This document shows positions 27,832 through 39,100 of a stretch of DNA of 64,000 bases, one piece after another. A program made the position numbers and the translations under genes. This stretch comes from a virus (taxonomy: Duplodnaviria > Caudoviricetes), in the IMG/VR virus record IMGVR_UViG_3300033463_000005, positions 128,001-192,000 of that record; one strand, written 5' to 3'. The stretch's first letter is position 1, and every line of letters starts with the position of its first letter. Under the pieces are notes generated by a model that was given only the letters and a program-made list of their open reading frames with translations, was not told where the DNA came from and searched no databases.

Positions 27832-29670
27832 TTATGTTTGAGGATAGTAACACAGGCGGGCACCGATATACCGAGCCCGAGCCGACGCGGCATTATACAC
27901 AATCCAATACATCAATCCCGCATAACCAGCATAATACCAACGGCCACCCAGCAGGGCGACATACCAGCCATTGGAAGTATTGTGATAATTGTAATCTCCA
28001 ATAACTCCATTTGCAGATCCAGACGAATATTCAGATCCAATGAATACCCAGTCGGTATCTGAATTCCCATAACCGAATGCGGTGACATAATTGTTTGTTG
28101 TTGGTGACTTGAATCCAACATCTGTAAATCCAGTAGAAGTTCCTTCTGTGAAGGTGAAATCATTACACACAAAGAATGATACTGCTGATGATGCCGTTTG
28201 GGCATTCAGACCCATTGCAAAAGTCCATATATTACCCCAGGCATTTTCTTTACCGCGATATGACACAGCAAGTTTATTTGCTGCTGTTTGGTCGGTTCCT
28301 TGCCAATCCTTTGTAATTGTAGCATTGCCAGAAGCATTACCGAGCGATGATGTAGAACCAGTGTACGATGAACAGTTCTTTGATGAATCAGGATCAGAAC
28401 CGAATGCAACACCATTTCCGAGTGACAACTGTGAATTGGCAGAAGCATACTCAATAATGAATAACATCTGATCCACCGATGCCACTTTGAATGTTTCAGA
28501 GTGCCACCCAGCACCACGGTTTTGCGCAAGTTTCTCCGAATTTGCCCGCGTCAAATTATTAGATGTTGTTTCACCGGACATTGCACGCACATTTGCAATA
28601 GATGAAAGTTTATCTTCGTCGACATTCATAACCTGTGAATCATCAGTAATGTATGCAGATGCAGATGTATCATACAGGCATCCTTCATATGCACTAATGA
28701 GAACATAATCAACAACATTACCAGCTTCATTGATAAATGCAGGATGGAGTTTGAATCCAGGAATTGGATAATCGGAAAGATAATAATTACAAGTTCTAAT
28801 ATGGTAACCACCCAATGGGTTTGCATCCTTTGTTACTGGTTCCACCTTGTAATAGAACTTCGGTTGATAAACCATTACCTGTCCCATTGAGCCATCTTCT
28901 GCAAAGTTTGCGTCACCATACCACGATGTGATAGTACCATCATCAGCAACAGTACAGCGCTTTCTATCTTTATAAGCATGGAAAGCAGATGGAATACCAG
29001 CAACGATTCGGCAGTTCGATGCATTCTGGTAATCAATATATGTCTGAACATATGTGTTGTAATCCCACATTGCAGTGATATCTGCTGCTGTAATTGGGAC
29101 AATCGCATTATATGAATTCGTAATAGAGGAATAGATACCGGATGACTTAACTGGATTTGTGGAAGATTGTAATGGTTCATTATCAAATGTCAACCCATCA
29201 ATATCAGTGATTTGTATTTTTACGATAATAATGTATCCGCTACCATTCAAACCGGTTGCACTATATACATCCAACGTATTATTTGCAAATGCATTGATAC
29301 CGTATCCGGTGAACTCTTGAACACCGGATTCTGCAGTCTTTCTCAAAATGATATGATGCTTATAACCATTGATTGTTGGCGTAAACAGAATCTCTGAATA
29401 ATCACCATTTCTCATGCTTTGAAGTTTTGCCACATCTGCAGATGTTGGTTCAAATCTCCATGTAACAGAACCAGTTGATGTTGCTGTTCCAGTAATTTCG
29501 GGAACATTCGCAAGATTCGACAGTTTCGTTTGAAACGCGGTTGTGAAATCGTTCGTGGACAAACCTTTTCCACTCTCGGTATCTACCTTCAAATCAAGTG
29601 CTTGTTGCACCAATTTTATCAGTTCTTCAACACCTGAACGATTCACAAATTCTTTTGTTTCGAATGGCAT
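27832..29670 (-). CDS. DGR target: tail fibre/receptor-binding protein with C-terminal CLec domain
   Basis: KVD.ESGKGLSTNDFT fibre motif; YRGKENAWGNIW; VR encodes VALLGGRWYYAGYAGLMYWIVYNAASARARYIGARLC. Confidence 0.9.
   Translation of the reverse strand: MPFETKEFVNRSGVEELIKLVQQALDLKVDTESGKGLSTNDFTTAFQTKLSNLANVPEITGTATSTGSVTWRFEPTSADVAKLQSMRNGDYSEILFTPTINGYKHHIILRKTAESGVQEFTGYGINAFANNTLDVYSATGLNGSGYIIIVKIQITDIDGLTFDNEPLQSSTNPVKSSGIYSSITNSYNAIVPITAADITAMWDYNTYVQTYIDYQNASNCRIVAGIPSAFHAYKDRKRCTVADDGTITSWYGDANFAEDGSMGQVMVYQPKFYYKVEPVTKDANPLGGYHIRTCNYYLSDYPIPGFKLHPAFINEAGNVVDYVLISAYEGCLYDTSASAYITDDSQVMNVDEDKLSSIANVRAMSGETTSNNLTRANSEKLAQNRGAGWHSETFKVASVDQMLFIIEYASANSQLSLGNGVAFGSDPDSSKNCSSYTGSTSSLGNASGNATITKDWQGTDQTAANKLAVSYRGKENAWGNIWTFAMGLNAQTASSAVSFFVCNDFTFTEGTSTGFTDVGFKSPTTNNYVTAFGYGNSDTDWVFIGSEYSSGSANGVIGDYNYHNTSNGWYVALLGGRWYYAGYAGLMYWIVYNAASARARYIGARLCYYPQT
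27849..27962 (-). repeat. DGR variable repeat (VR)
   Basis: Matches TR except at adenines (13 A>G, 7 A>T, 3 A>C). Confidence 0.95.
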
Positions 29671-29688
29671 ATCTTATAACACCTCCTG

Positions 29689-30372
29689 TTATGAGTTGGA
29701 TGTATCATTCCAGATTGTATCAATTGTCGTAGATGAAATTGGAGAGAATGAACCATCCAGACTATCGATTGTACCAGTAATGATTTTGTTCTGAACTGGA
29801 TTTTCTGATTCCAATGACATGACTGCATCAACAGTCATTGTGGTTGTACCGATGTACTCCCAGTTGTTATCGAGTGTATATGTATACTCTTCGAATTCTG
29901 TTGCAGTTGTCAAACCAACGAGATACACCCAACCTGGTTGTGGATCTTGAACATTTGCCAAATCTGCAACGGTATCAACACGACCCTTCATCATCATTGG
30001 ATTCTGAATTGATGCAAGTTTTTGTTTTTCTTGTGCCGTGTAATCTTCTTCGGACAATCCATATCCTTCGATCTTATTTACTTTTTCATTCAACAATGCA
30101 TCGGTTTGTGCTTTGGTGTATGCATCTACAGCTCCACCGCCACCGCCAGGAGCCATATCAGGGAAATAATCATAAAAGTTTGTTCCATCAATTGGCGTAC
30201 CATCTTCATCCGTAATGAAGTATTTCGAAATCTGAATCAGATCCCATACTTCTTGACCTGTTGCGGAATATCCTGTAACAGGATTCGGTTGGTTGATTAC
30301 TGCAATATTGATTGCGCGCAATGGTGGTACGGATCGATCAACGACATTAATCGTGACAGTCGTATCTGCCAT
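29689..30372 (-). CDS. Tail fibre-associated protein
   Basis: YTKAQTDALL.EKVNK.EGYGLSEEDYT fibre motif; N-terminal domain paralogous to 30394-31488. Confidence 0.7.
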   Translation of the reverse strand: MADTTVTINVVDRSVPPLRAINIAVINQPNPVTGYSATGQEVWDLIQISKYFITDEDGTPIDGTNFYDYFPDMAPGGGGGAVDAYTKAQTDALLNEKVNKIEGYGLSEEDYTAQEKQKLASIQNPMMMKGRVDTVADLANVQDPQPGWVYLVGLTTATEFEEYTYTLDNNWEYIGTTTMTVDAVMSLESENPVQNKIITGTIDSLDGSFSPISSTTIDTIWNDTSNS

Positions 30373-30393
30373 GTGATTTCACACCTTTCTATT

Positions 30394-31488
30394 TCAATTA
30401 GTATTATTACCGGTATTAACATCATTAACATCAGATCCAATCAGTGATTGCCATGATGAATTGACCTTTAAGAATGTATCGATGACTTCATCATCATATT
30501 GCCCTGCAATGAAAGATACAGTTCCTTGATTTGGATAAAATACATCATTGACAATATCATACATACCAATCGCATTATCAGAATCACGTTCTGCTGGAAC
30601 AAAATGACGAACCAATGTTCCATTATCCCATTGCTTACAATAATAGATTCTGAAGTTATTGATAGAACTGATATCACCACCACGAGCAAACAAATACAGT
30701 GGTGTTCCAACAGATATACCACTCCAGTTACCAGTTTGCTTTACGGATCCATCGACACTGATACCATTTTCATCAACAACAAATGTGTGAATATCAGTAT
30801 CATTTGCTTGAATCGCACCGCCACTAACAATGTATCCTTCAAACCTGTTATTTTGGAAACCGAGAATTGGTGATCCCTTACTTCCAGAGAATGCCCCATA
30901 GAACCATGTATTATGGTTGGGAGTACCAACCAACTGTGCTGAAATTTCACAAGAGATATTTGAAGAACTTGTTAATCCGGTATCGATATATGCTCCAACT
31001 GTTGATCCCGTTTGAATATATGATAATGCGGTATATCCGGTTGGGAGATCGGCATTATCAATATATCGCACATATATATCTCCATTGTTTCCGATCGCAT
31101 CTGATGGTACTGATGATCCCGCTAATACAGTCGCGCTTTTTATAATAGATGGAACATCCACAACTACTGTAGAATATCCATCCGCATCATCATCTATTGC
31201 AGAATACTCTCCATTTTCAGTAATTGTTTTATCAATCAAAATGGCGGATCCACCACCGCCTCCACCACCACCAGATTTCGGAAAGTATTTATAATAATTC
31301 AAACCAGATACTTGTTCACCGTTTTCATCCGTGATAAAATAATTCGGAATTTGAATCAACTTTGCAACTTCATCTGCAGTTGCCGTATATCCTTCAACTG
31401 GATTTGGTTGATTGATGACCGCAATATTCACATGGTTTAATGGTGCAACCGAACGGTCCACAACATTAATTACCAATGTATTTGCCAT
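30394..31488 (-). CDS. Tail fibre/adhesin-like protein with a C-terminal lectin-like beta domain
   Basis: Shared N-domain plus poly-Gly; LPTGYTALSYIQT..YIDTG and LVRHFVPA...GMYDIVN. Confidence 0.7.
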   Translation of the reverse strand: MANTLVINVVDRSVAPLNHVNIAVINQPNPVEGYTATADEVAKLIQIPNYFITDENGEQVSGLNYYKYFPKSGGGGGGGGSAILIDKTITENGEYSAIDDDADGYSTVVVDVPSIIKSATVLAGSSVPSDAIGNNGDIYVRYIDNADLPTGYTALSYIQTGSTVGAYIDTGLTSSSNISCEISAQLVGTPNHNTWFYGAFSGSKGSPILGFQNNRFEGYIVSGGAIQANDTDIHTFVVDENGISVDGSVKQTGNWSGISVGTPLYLFARGGDISSINNFRIYYCKQWDNGTLVRHFVPAERDSDNAIGMYDIVNDVFYPNQGTVSFIAGQYDDEVIDTFLKVNSSWQSLIGSDVNDVNTGNNTN

Positions 31489-31560
31489 GCGATTTCACAC
31501 CTTTCTATTTCAAATAAAAACATATGCGGGGGTAGATCCCCGCATATGTTCATATACACA

Positions 31561-32757
31561 TTATTGCGTGTTTGTAACCGGGATCAGTTTACCAGTTGCA
31601 ATATCATTCTGGAATGCTTCTGCAACTGTAACAGATTCATCATCGGTTGTCGTATAATCTTCATTGACTTGATACAGAATACCCTTTGTGATCCATGTCA
31701 ATGCACCTTCATGATAGAAGGTTGCTTTCTTATACTCTTCCGATGTATAATACATATTGTTGATATCTGCACGGAGCGTTGCAATCTGTTCTGTCATCAA
31801 TGCAACTGTTGCTTTGAGATCTTCAACTTCCTTCACAAGTTTATCCACAATTTCTTGTGTTGGTTCATACAAAGCTTTGTATACACCAAATGCGTCACCT
31901 GCAGCAATTGTATTTGACATAAATGCAACAAATGAAATCTTCAACCGTGTTGTGACATTCAATTGAACTGCCATGCCATGGTTGATATCCACGGATGCAA
32001 TCAGAATCGTATCATCCTTTTCGGTTGAATCAATCGTATCATGTTGCATCGTGATATGTGTGTTGTTGTCAGTCCATTGATAGTATGGATTCATATCACC
32101 TGTAGTATGCTGTTTGGTATCAATCGTATCCACATATGCTTCCATTTTATCAATGATCAATGTATAAATACCCGCATAATCAACTTGTGGGATATTTGTT
32201 GCCATGACATTCTTAAATGATGTCACGAAGAAATCATTGACATCCGTGTAGTGGAATAGATGTTCTTTCACAATGGATGTGATGGACGATTCATACACGA
32301 CACCACCAGAAACATTCTCCAGATGGAAATACAGTTTGAATTTCACACCACTCTTCTGAATTGGAAGAACTTGGTCCAGTGTTTCATATTGACCAGAAAT
32401 GGTATCTTGTAAGAATGCATTCCAAACTGTATTTGTGATAATATCACCGGACATATCAATTCTCGCATCCAGATTAATGCAAGATGGATCTTTTCGTTTG
32501 GTAACTTGTGTATACATCTGCTCTGATACAGAAATCTTGGTACCATAATTTGTGGTTGTATTATCCAATACATATGGAACGGTATTTACAACCATGAATG
32601 CATCTTCCTGCATTTGACCCGATGCAGGATATTTGGATGTATTTGGTTGATGCATTGCATTGCAACAATCACACTGATACATCGCACCACGTGATGTATA
32701 TGGGTAATTCACGAGAATGGTAGGTTGGCAATTGCAACCACATTGTTTGTTATTCAT
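31561..32757 (-). CDS. Hypothetical virion structural protein
   Basis: 398-aa ORF in the late block; C-terminal coiled coil. Confidence 0.65.
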   Translation of the reverse strand: MNNKQCGCNCQPTILVNYPYTSRGAMYQCDCCNAMHQPNTSKYPASGQMQEDAFMVVNTVPYVLDNTTTNYGTKISVSEQMYTQVTKRKDPSCINLDARIDMSGDIITNTVWNAFLQDTISGQYETLDQVLPIQKSGVKFKLYFHLENVSGGVVYESSITSIVKEHLFHYTDVNDFFVTSFKNVMATNIPQVDYAGIYTLIIDKMEAYVDTIDTKQHTTGDMNPYYQWTDNNTHITMQHDTIDSTEKDDTILIASVDINHGMAVQLNVTTRLKISFVAFMSNTIAAGDAFGVYKALYEPTQEIVDKLVKEVEDLKATVALMTEQIATLRADINNMYYTSEEYKKATFYHEGALTWITKGILYQVNEDYTTTDDESVTVAEAFQNDIATGKLIPVTNTQ

Positions 32758-32777
32758 ATATCATACCTCACTTTCAA

Positions 32778-34058
32778 TTATTTGATTTTCAATGTTTGTT
32801 TGATAATCCAGATGATAATTGGTGTCCACAAGAATACTTCTTTTGACATGGAATTATCAAACAATTGATCACCGGTATACAATGACAGATCACGAATGGA
32901 TGTGATTTTCCCATGGATGTAATCATGAATCAATGACACATAATCATATCGTTTTAATTTATATGCACGAATGCATGTATCGCGACATTTGCAACATGTA
33001 CAATCGCATATATTACATTCGCGAATATCCGTTTCATTTTCCAAAATGGAATATACTTCTTGTGGGAAGAAATCCGCAAATCCGGGATTCTCACACCATG
33101 AATCACCATATACCATTAATTGTACATCATCCCCATATTGATAGAAGGATGAGTCTGGATAATTTGAAGATGATACCAATCGGTATTTAAATGGCATTAA
33201 ATACCGCAATGGTGCATCCCGTTCAATCCATTTGTATGGAGAACGTTCATACATGAACCACATCTCGGGTGTCCGAATCTTATTCTCATTCAATACAATA
33301 TTTCCATTTGCATTATCACGAATGATCAATCCGTTCTTTGCCATGAAAACATTTGCACAAATATCAAATAATGACATACCATTCAAATGAAGAATGAAAC
33401 AATTGTGTCGATGATCATAATAATTTGCAACGTAATTACAAATCATATCATCAACCATTCGAATCAAACGATGACGCAGTTCATAATCTTCTTTCCCAAT
33501 GACTGGTGTTAAATCCTCACCACCAACCGTTTGCAAATCCATAATGAAATTACCAATGACTTGGTGATTCAAAAAGGTGATATCATTTGGATTTGTGGAA
33601 TATAGACTGTATGAAATCCGATACGAACCATCGGTATTGAGTCCATCTTGTGTGACTTCCGTGACACGAATCAAATGTGTCATGCGTAAATGATTGATAA
33701 TGAAGAAATCATTTTCGCGTGGCATCACGGTTCCGGGTATGATGAATGCTTCGCCATTCAGATTATAATTGCGAACTGATGTTTGACCAGTCGATGTATT
33801 CTCCGGGGATAACGGCGACATTCCCATTATCATCATATTTTCTATACGACGATATCGCAACGGAGAATCGGTTCCGAGGATCTGATATACGGTATCAAAA
33901 CCAATTCCAGTTGTAGTAGTTGCATCATCGATATTGAAATATGTTACAAGTGTTCGATCCGTTCCTGTATATTTATTGATACGGGAATGAAGAAATTTGT
34001 CATATTGATACATCTGACCATCTACCAATGACTTTTCATCATAAATCAATTGTGCCAT
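32778..34058 (-). CDS. Putative virion structural (neck/baseplate) protein
   Basis: Long ORF downstream of the late motif AACAGCTTCGTA. Confidence 0.6.
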   Translation of the reverse strand: MAQLIYDEKSLVDGQMYQYDKFLHSRINKYTGTDRTLVTYFNIDDATTTTGIGFDTVYQILGTDSPLRYRRIENMMIMGMSPLSPENTSTGQTSVRNYNLNGEAFIIPGTVMPRENDFFIINHLRMTHLIRVTEVTQDGLNTDGSYRISYSLYSTNPNDITFLNHQVIGNFIMDLQTVGGEDLTPVIGKEDYELRHRLIRMVDDMICNYVANYYDHRHNCFILHLNGMSLFDICANVFMAKNGLIIRDNANGNIVLNENKIRTPEMWFMYERSPYKWIERDAPLRYLMPFKYRLVSSSNYPDSSFYQYGDDVQLMVYGDSWCENPGFADFFPQEVYSILENETDIRECNICDCTCCKCRDTCIRAYKLKRYDYVSLIHDYIHGKITSIRDLSLYTGDQLFDNSMSKEVFLWTPIIIWIIKQTLKIK

Positions 34059-34107
34059 GTTATAATCACCACCTTTAATCAATTTATCGAAATCAATGAT
34101 TCGACAT

Positions 34108-34119
34108 TACGAAGCTGTT
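34108..34119 (-). promoter_or_regulatory. Putative late promoter AACA-N6-TA
   Basis: AACAGCTTCGTA. Confidence 0.55.
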
Positions 34120-34249
34120 TCATACCATTATTATAGTTCTTTTTATAATATTTTTATCCCACATACATATATGATTTTTATGGTATGGATGAATTATAAT
34201 TCAATTCAAATAATTCAAAATCAAATCCATACGAAGAAAGGAAATCAGT

Positions 34250-34846
34250 ATGAAAATGACAAAGATCAAAGTAACCAAAAGAATGGAAAGCGACGTCACA
34301 GAGATGTTCGCAAACGGATGGCGGGTATCTGTATTCCGTCATGATGATTTCAGATATGATTTTCTGATCATATCTAAAGACAGAATTCGGTTTGAAATCA
34401 GACCGGACAAAGAGACCCACTGTATTATCGTCTCCAGATTCGTTGATGGAAAGAAGGTGGACTATAAGAAATTCTATGACACTGGACTCGGTGTCACCGG
34501 CACAGTCTGCATCCTGGAAGATACAATGGACAACACATACTGCTTCTTCCGGACAGAAGATCTGCAGCAGCTGATTGATACATACAGACTGAAGAAGGTT
34601 CTGTTTGCCAAGCAGGCTGGTGAGAAGTTCACGTACACGATGCTGTACAATCCGGAACTGCACAAGAACTCGTTCGCACCCATTCATACGGATGGAACGA
34701 TGACAAACAAGATGATCGAAGGAAAGGATTCGATCGAGATTGTGGATGCGACATATGTTTATGATGCATCACAGTCGATTCTGGTGATTCCGCAGGTATA
34801 TGATCCCGTTGTGATCAATTCGTTGATGAAGGAGATCATCGGCTAA
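34250..34846 (+). CDS. Hypothetical protein
   Basis: AAAGGA RBS; preceded by the early-like motif CATACATATATGATT. Confidence 0.7.
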   Translation: MKMTKIKVTKRMESDVTEMFANGWRVSVFRHDDFRYDFLIISKDRIRFEIRPDKETHCIIVSRFVDGKKVDYKKFYDTGLGVTGTVCILEDTMDNTYCFFRTEDLQQLIDTYRLKKVLFAKQAGEKFTYTMLYNPELHKNSFAPIHTDGTMTNKMIEGKDSIEIVDATYVYDASQSILVIPQVYDPVVINSLMKEIIG

Positions 34847-34869
34847 TATCATGAAAGGATGTGATCACC

Positions 34870-36027
34870 ATGAGCATCCAATACAACTATCCCGTTGAAC
34901 AGCTGGATGCACTGATCGAGCAATTGTCCAACGGCATCACACCAATGATGTCGGATGCTTTGAAAGCAGAAGTGCAATTGCGATATCAGGAACTCCAACA
35001 CGAAGGATACGACGATGAAGACGACGAAGATTATCGTTCTGCAGTTCAGAAGCACGAAGATGCAATGAAAGCAATTGAAGATAATCGTCGTCGTTCTCAT
35101 TCCAGAAACATCATGATTCTGGATTTGACCGATGCAGAAAAGCAAAAATTGTCCGATGATATGGATGTATGTTATATTCGATCCGACCCGAATTCAACAT
35201 ATAATCTATCGGATGAAGATATCTCCGAAGATGTGGAGCGTCGTCGAATCTATAAACAGTTACAATCCATCGGTAAAATCTATTATCATCAGGAAGATTA
35301 TCGAAATGCAATCAACATCATTCATGAAGCAATCGAATATTCGTTGAAACATGATTATCCGTGGATGACATATGAGGAAGCGTGTGAAGAGTTCCGGAAA
35401 GGAAGAATCAAATTCACATTCTCTCAACTTCCGTTATTGTATATCGATTATCACACACAAATCACAGACCCGACAATTCTTGCGGGTATTGTGAAAGGTG
35501 AGGTGAATCTGATTGATAAGGACGAGCAACCGGTGAAGAAAAAGAAGAAGAAAGACGAGGTTGGCATTTCGGTTCCATATTCTGTTATTGGTCCATACGA
35601 GCATGCAGAATATGTCAAACGTCATCAAGCCGGTTGGGATTCTCCGATTTCTCCGATTCTCAAATCTTGTTCGACGATTTACAACCGGTATGTTATGCCG
35701 TCTTCTCTCACATTCGGCAATCAGTCTCAACAAGATACATTGCCTGAAGTCGACTGGACAATGCCCGGAGCGGGAGAAGCATATTTCAATGCAAAGCACG
35801 GTATTCAGAAGAATGCAATCTCTGAGGTCGTGTCATTGTTGAATGATGCAAACGATGGCAAACTCCGTCAGACCATTGGTATGGGTATGAAATCATTCTT
35901 GGAAGGATGGAATCAACAACCACAAACATTCCGTTCTATTTCAACATCGTTGCAGCAGAACGATAAAGTCGCAGAAATCGAATCCAAGATTCTTGGTATC
36001 ATCCGACAATCCAATCCGGGATTATGA
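34870..36027 (+). CDS. Hypothetical protein
   Basis: About 385-aa ORF with acidic and poly-Lys tracts; followed by a terminator at 36038-36061. Confidence 0.75.
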   Translation: MSIQYNYPVEQLDALIEQLSNGITPMMSDALKAEVQLRYQELQHEGYDDEDDEDYRSAVQKHEDAMKAIEDNRRRSHSRNIMILDLTDAEKQKLSDDMDVCYIRSDPNSTYNLSDEDISEDVERRRIYKQLQSIGKIYYHQEDYRNAINIIHEAIEYSLKHDYPWMTYEEACEEFRKGRIKFTFSQLPLLYIDYHTQITDPTILAGIVKGEVNLIDKDEQPVKKKKKKDEVGISVPYSVIGPYEHAEYVKRHQAGWDSPISPILKSCSTIYNRYVMPSSLTFGNQSQQDTLPEVDWTMPGAGEAYFNAKHGIQKNAISEVVSLLNDANDGKLRQTIGMGMKSFLEGWNQQPQTFRSISTSLQQNDKVAEIESKILGIIRQSNPGL

Positions 36028-36167
36028 AGTAGGATATATGGCGGGGCATTGCCCCGCCATAATCCCATTTCGAAAGGAAGTAACACCATGTCCAACCCAA
36101 CCCCGACAGATGTATCCCGCGCATCTGCCGTATATCAATGAATAATCATTGATATTAATTTTTTGTT

Positions 36168-39100
36168 TCATCCAAGCCAAATGACTTCTGCATTCTGTGC
36201 ATCCCAAGGTGCTCCAGCAATCGATCCAGCTGGTTGATTAATGTAAATTCGCTCCAGACTATATGTTCCCGTAAATGCGTAATTGTGAATCGAACAATTC
36301 GGACTTGCATTAATATGTATTTCTTTGACTGCAGTTCCAGGTATAAATGCTGGATCAATTCTCTCAACGACAGAACTCCAGTGCACTTCATCCAGATTTG
36401 TACAACTTGCCAAAAATGCATTTGGCATATAATGTTCTCTTGTTGTATACAGGAAGAATTTCTTGAGATTTTGCATACCGCTCAGACTACCGGTCTCTGT
36501 CTCCAGATAATTTTCATTGTATCTGTATGCTGGTGTAATGACAAACTCATACAATGCATTTGGATCAGATTCGTTTCTGAACCATGTCTTCGCATTATCA
36601 TATACCAGTGGGCCATCTGCAAATTCTTGTACAATCGCTCTGGTGTTACAATCGCGAATATAAATTGCGGTTGTTGGTAGTGGTTCAGGATCATACTCAT
36701 GTTCTGGCAGTTGAATCGGATACGTATTTGGCATCGTTGATAGAACCCATTTTCCGGAATATTTAAATGATAATGCAACATGTGTGGTTGGAAGAATTGC
36801 TGGAATAATCTTCACAACATTTTCGGTATCGGTTATGGGTGCATCTGGAGTGTTTGAAATATATAATGTATATGTAAATTGGTTGGAACCGATCGCATAC
36901 ACATCATAATATTTGTCTTTGTACACATGACATTTCAACTGTTGGAACGATTGTGCACGTGTCAGATTCTGAACATCACGTGATGATTGCATCCCGCCAG
37001 TCATAATCTCACGTTTCCAAACATCATCCATCATATTCAAAATTGTCTCATGATTCATTTCGACAAATCCCAATGATGTGGATGTTTCATTTTGTAATGT
37101 AACACCATTAATCGTTGGGTGATTCGTTGTATCATCATATGACAAATTTTGTGGTGGAACGATGTAATCCAAAATGTCATGTTCGATATCCACATTATTC
37201 GTGATTCGAATTTGATCCGGAACATACTGATCTAATTTTGACACAGTGTTTTGATTGAATTTGAATTGAATTTTTTGATCAATAATGTTTGCATTTTGTA
37301 ATGATGCCAATTGATATGTGGGGTACGTCTTCCCATTGATATCAATGTAGCATGTTCCATTTTGTGTGATGACAGAATCCTCCAAATCATCCACCAATTC
37401 AATGACTTCCAGATTCCGTAATGAAGTCAGATTCCGCAACTGGAATGTTGTTGGCGATAATATCGTCAGATGGTTATCATCATTCACATACCGACCATTC
37501 ACCCAGAATTCATACCGATCACGTGACAGTGGTGTTGGAACATATCCTGTCAAATCGATGACTCCATTTTCTGGAATATGGGAAGCAACGTATCTGGATA
37601 CATGCAGATAGTTGGATCGAATGCTATTGATACTAGGGTTGTCAGATGGATCTACGATTAATCGTGTATGAATATCGTTCTTCCGAATATCTGCGATTGG
37701 ATAACGGACATCATTTGTTTGATCATAATAATACACAAATGGGTCCTCTATGAATTCATCTGAATTCAATTTGTAATGATTTGATAAACGGATGATCGCG
37801 TGTTCATCTAATGTGATTCCATTTGGAACAAGAATGCATGTATCTGGAATCAGTCGATATGTTGGTGAAATTAACTTCATCCAATTTGTGATATTCGAAA
37901 TTGTTACCCATTCACATGTACGTTTGATTGAGATCAAACCACCGGACATATGATGGGATTCATCCGGAATAACTGTACACAGATACGTTTGTGTTGCATC
38001 TGTTGTCAAATTGGAATCAATGATCTCAATATCATCATCCGTTGTTCTACCGCGGAATATGATATTGGATGCACCACCATCAAATGATTTTTCGGATGAA
38101 TTCTGAATACAGATCAATGTGATGCGTTTGTTTGGTTCAAATCCATTTATGTCAATTTTCGTCGATGTAACATAAGAAATTTGCATCTGTTGTTGTGGGA
38201 TGGAGGTGTCTTTCATTGGATTTGGAACATACACATCAAAGTCATCAATGGCATATTCTGAACCATCAGATTCAACTGTCATATTGCAAAAACGAGTCGT
38301 AGAACCTTCCGTATGCAATCCACTGCGTTGATACCGTTTTAACAAGACTCCTTCTTGATATGGAAAGTCTTCTGGAACCGGATCTAACTGTGACACCGCA
38401 TACGCTTCATCCGTGTCATAATGTTTCCGAATTCGAATATTCGCATACAGATTATCGGTGTAATGAGACGGATCGATTGTAACAACAGGACGGAATCGAA
38501 CTTGACATGTATCTTGATTGAGTTGGATGTCATCAAACACATCAGAATTATCGTATGCGAAGAAAATCAAAATCCGACGTGATGCAAATGCCGAATCCAC
38601 AAACGTAATCGTCAATGACGTCAACACATCATTTGTATCAAACTCGTGATAATGATCAAATAACAAACCATCTTCAATGGTTTCATCAACCGTATACAGA
38701 TTTGAATCGATCCAACTTTGTGTATCCATATCATACAACCGAATTTGAACCTGATCGGAATACATCAAATCTTGGATATGTGGACGATATACATGCGAAA
38801 TGTATGCACGCCCGTTGTTGATATATGTCAACGCAGCTTCATACGAGATAACATTATACCACGTTGTCGGTGTTTCCAATTGTTCCAAATACAATTTGAA
38901 TCGTTTTACATTGTCATCATAATATTTCATTTTCATTTGTGCATTTTCAATTTGAATTTTGATTTCATCTTTTTCCGCTTTTGTTGTCGCATGTTGTAAT
39001 GCAATTGATAATGCTTGAATCTGCATTGCTGTTGATGAGATCTTTGTCATTGTTTGTGTAATTTCATTTTGGAACACTTCACGTTCCTGATCCCACACAG

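Larger units (their letters stand above)
26301..27962. mobile_element. Diversity-generating retroelement (TR, RT and convergent VR)
   Basis: TR/VR adenine-specific mismatch pattern together with a DGR-type RT. Confidence 0.95.

Noticed and set aside
26285-28062. Similar short ORFs 26285-26515(-) and 27802-28062(+)
   Set aside because: They are antisense translations of TR and VR, not genes.
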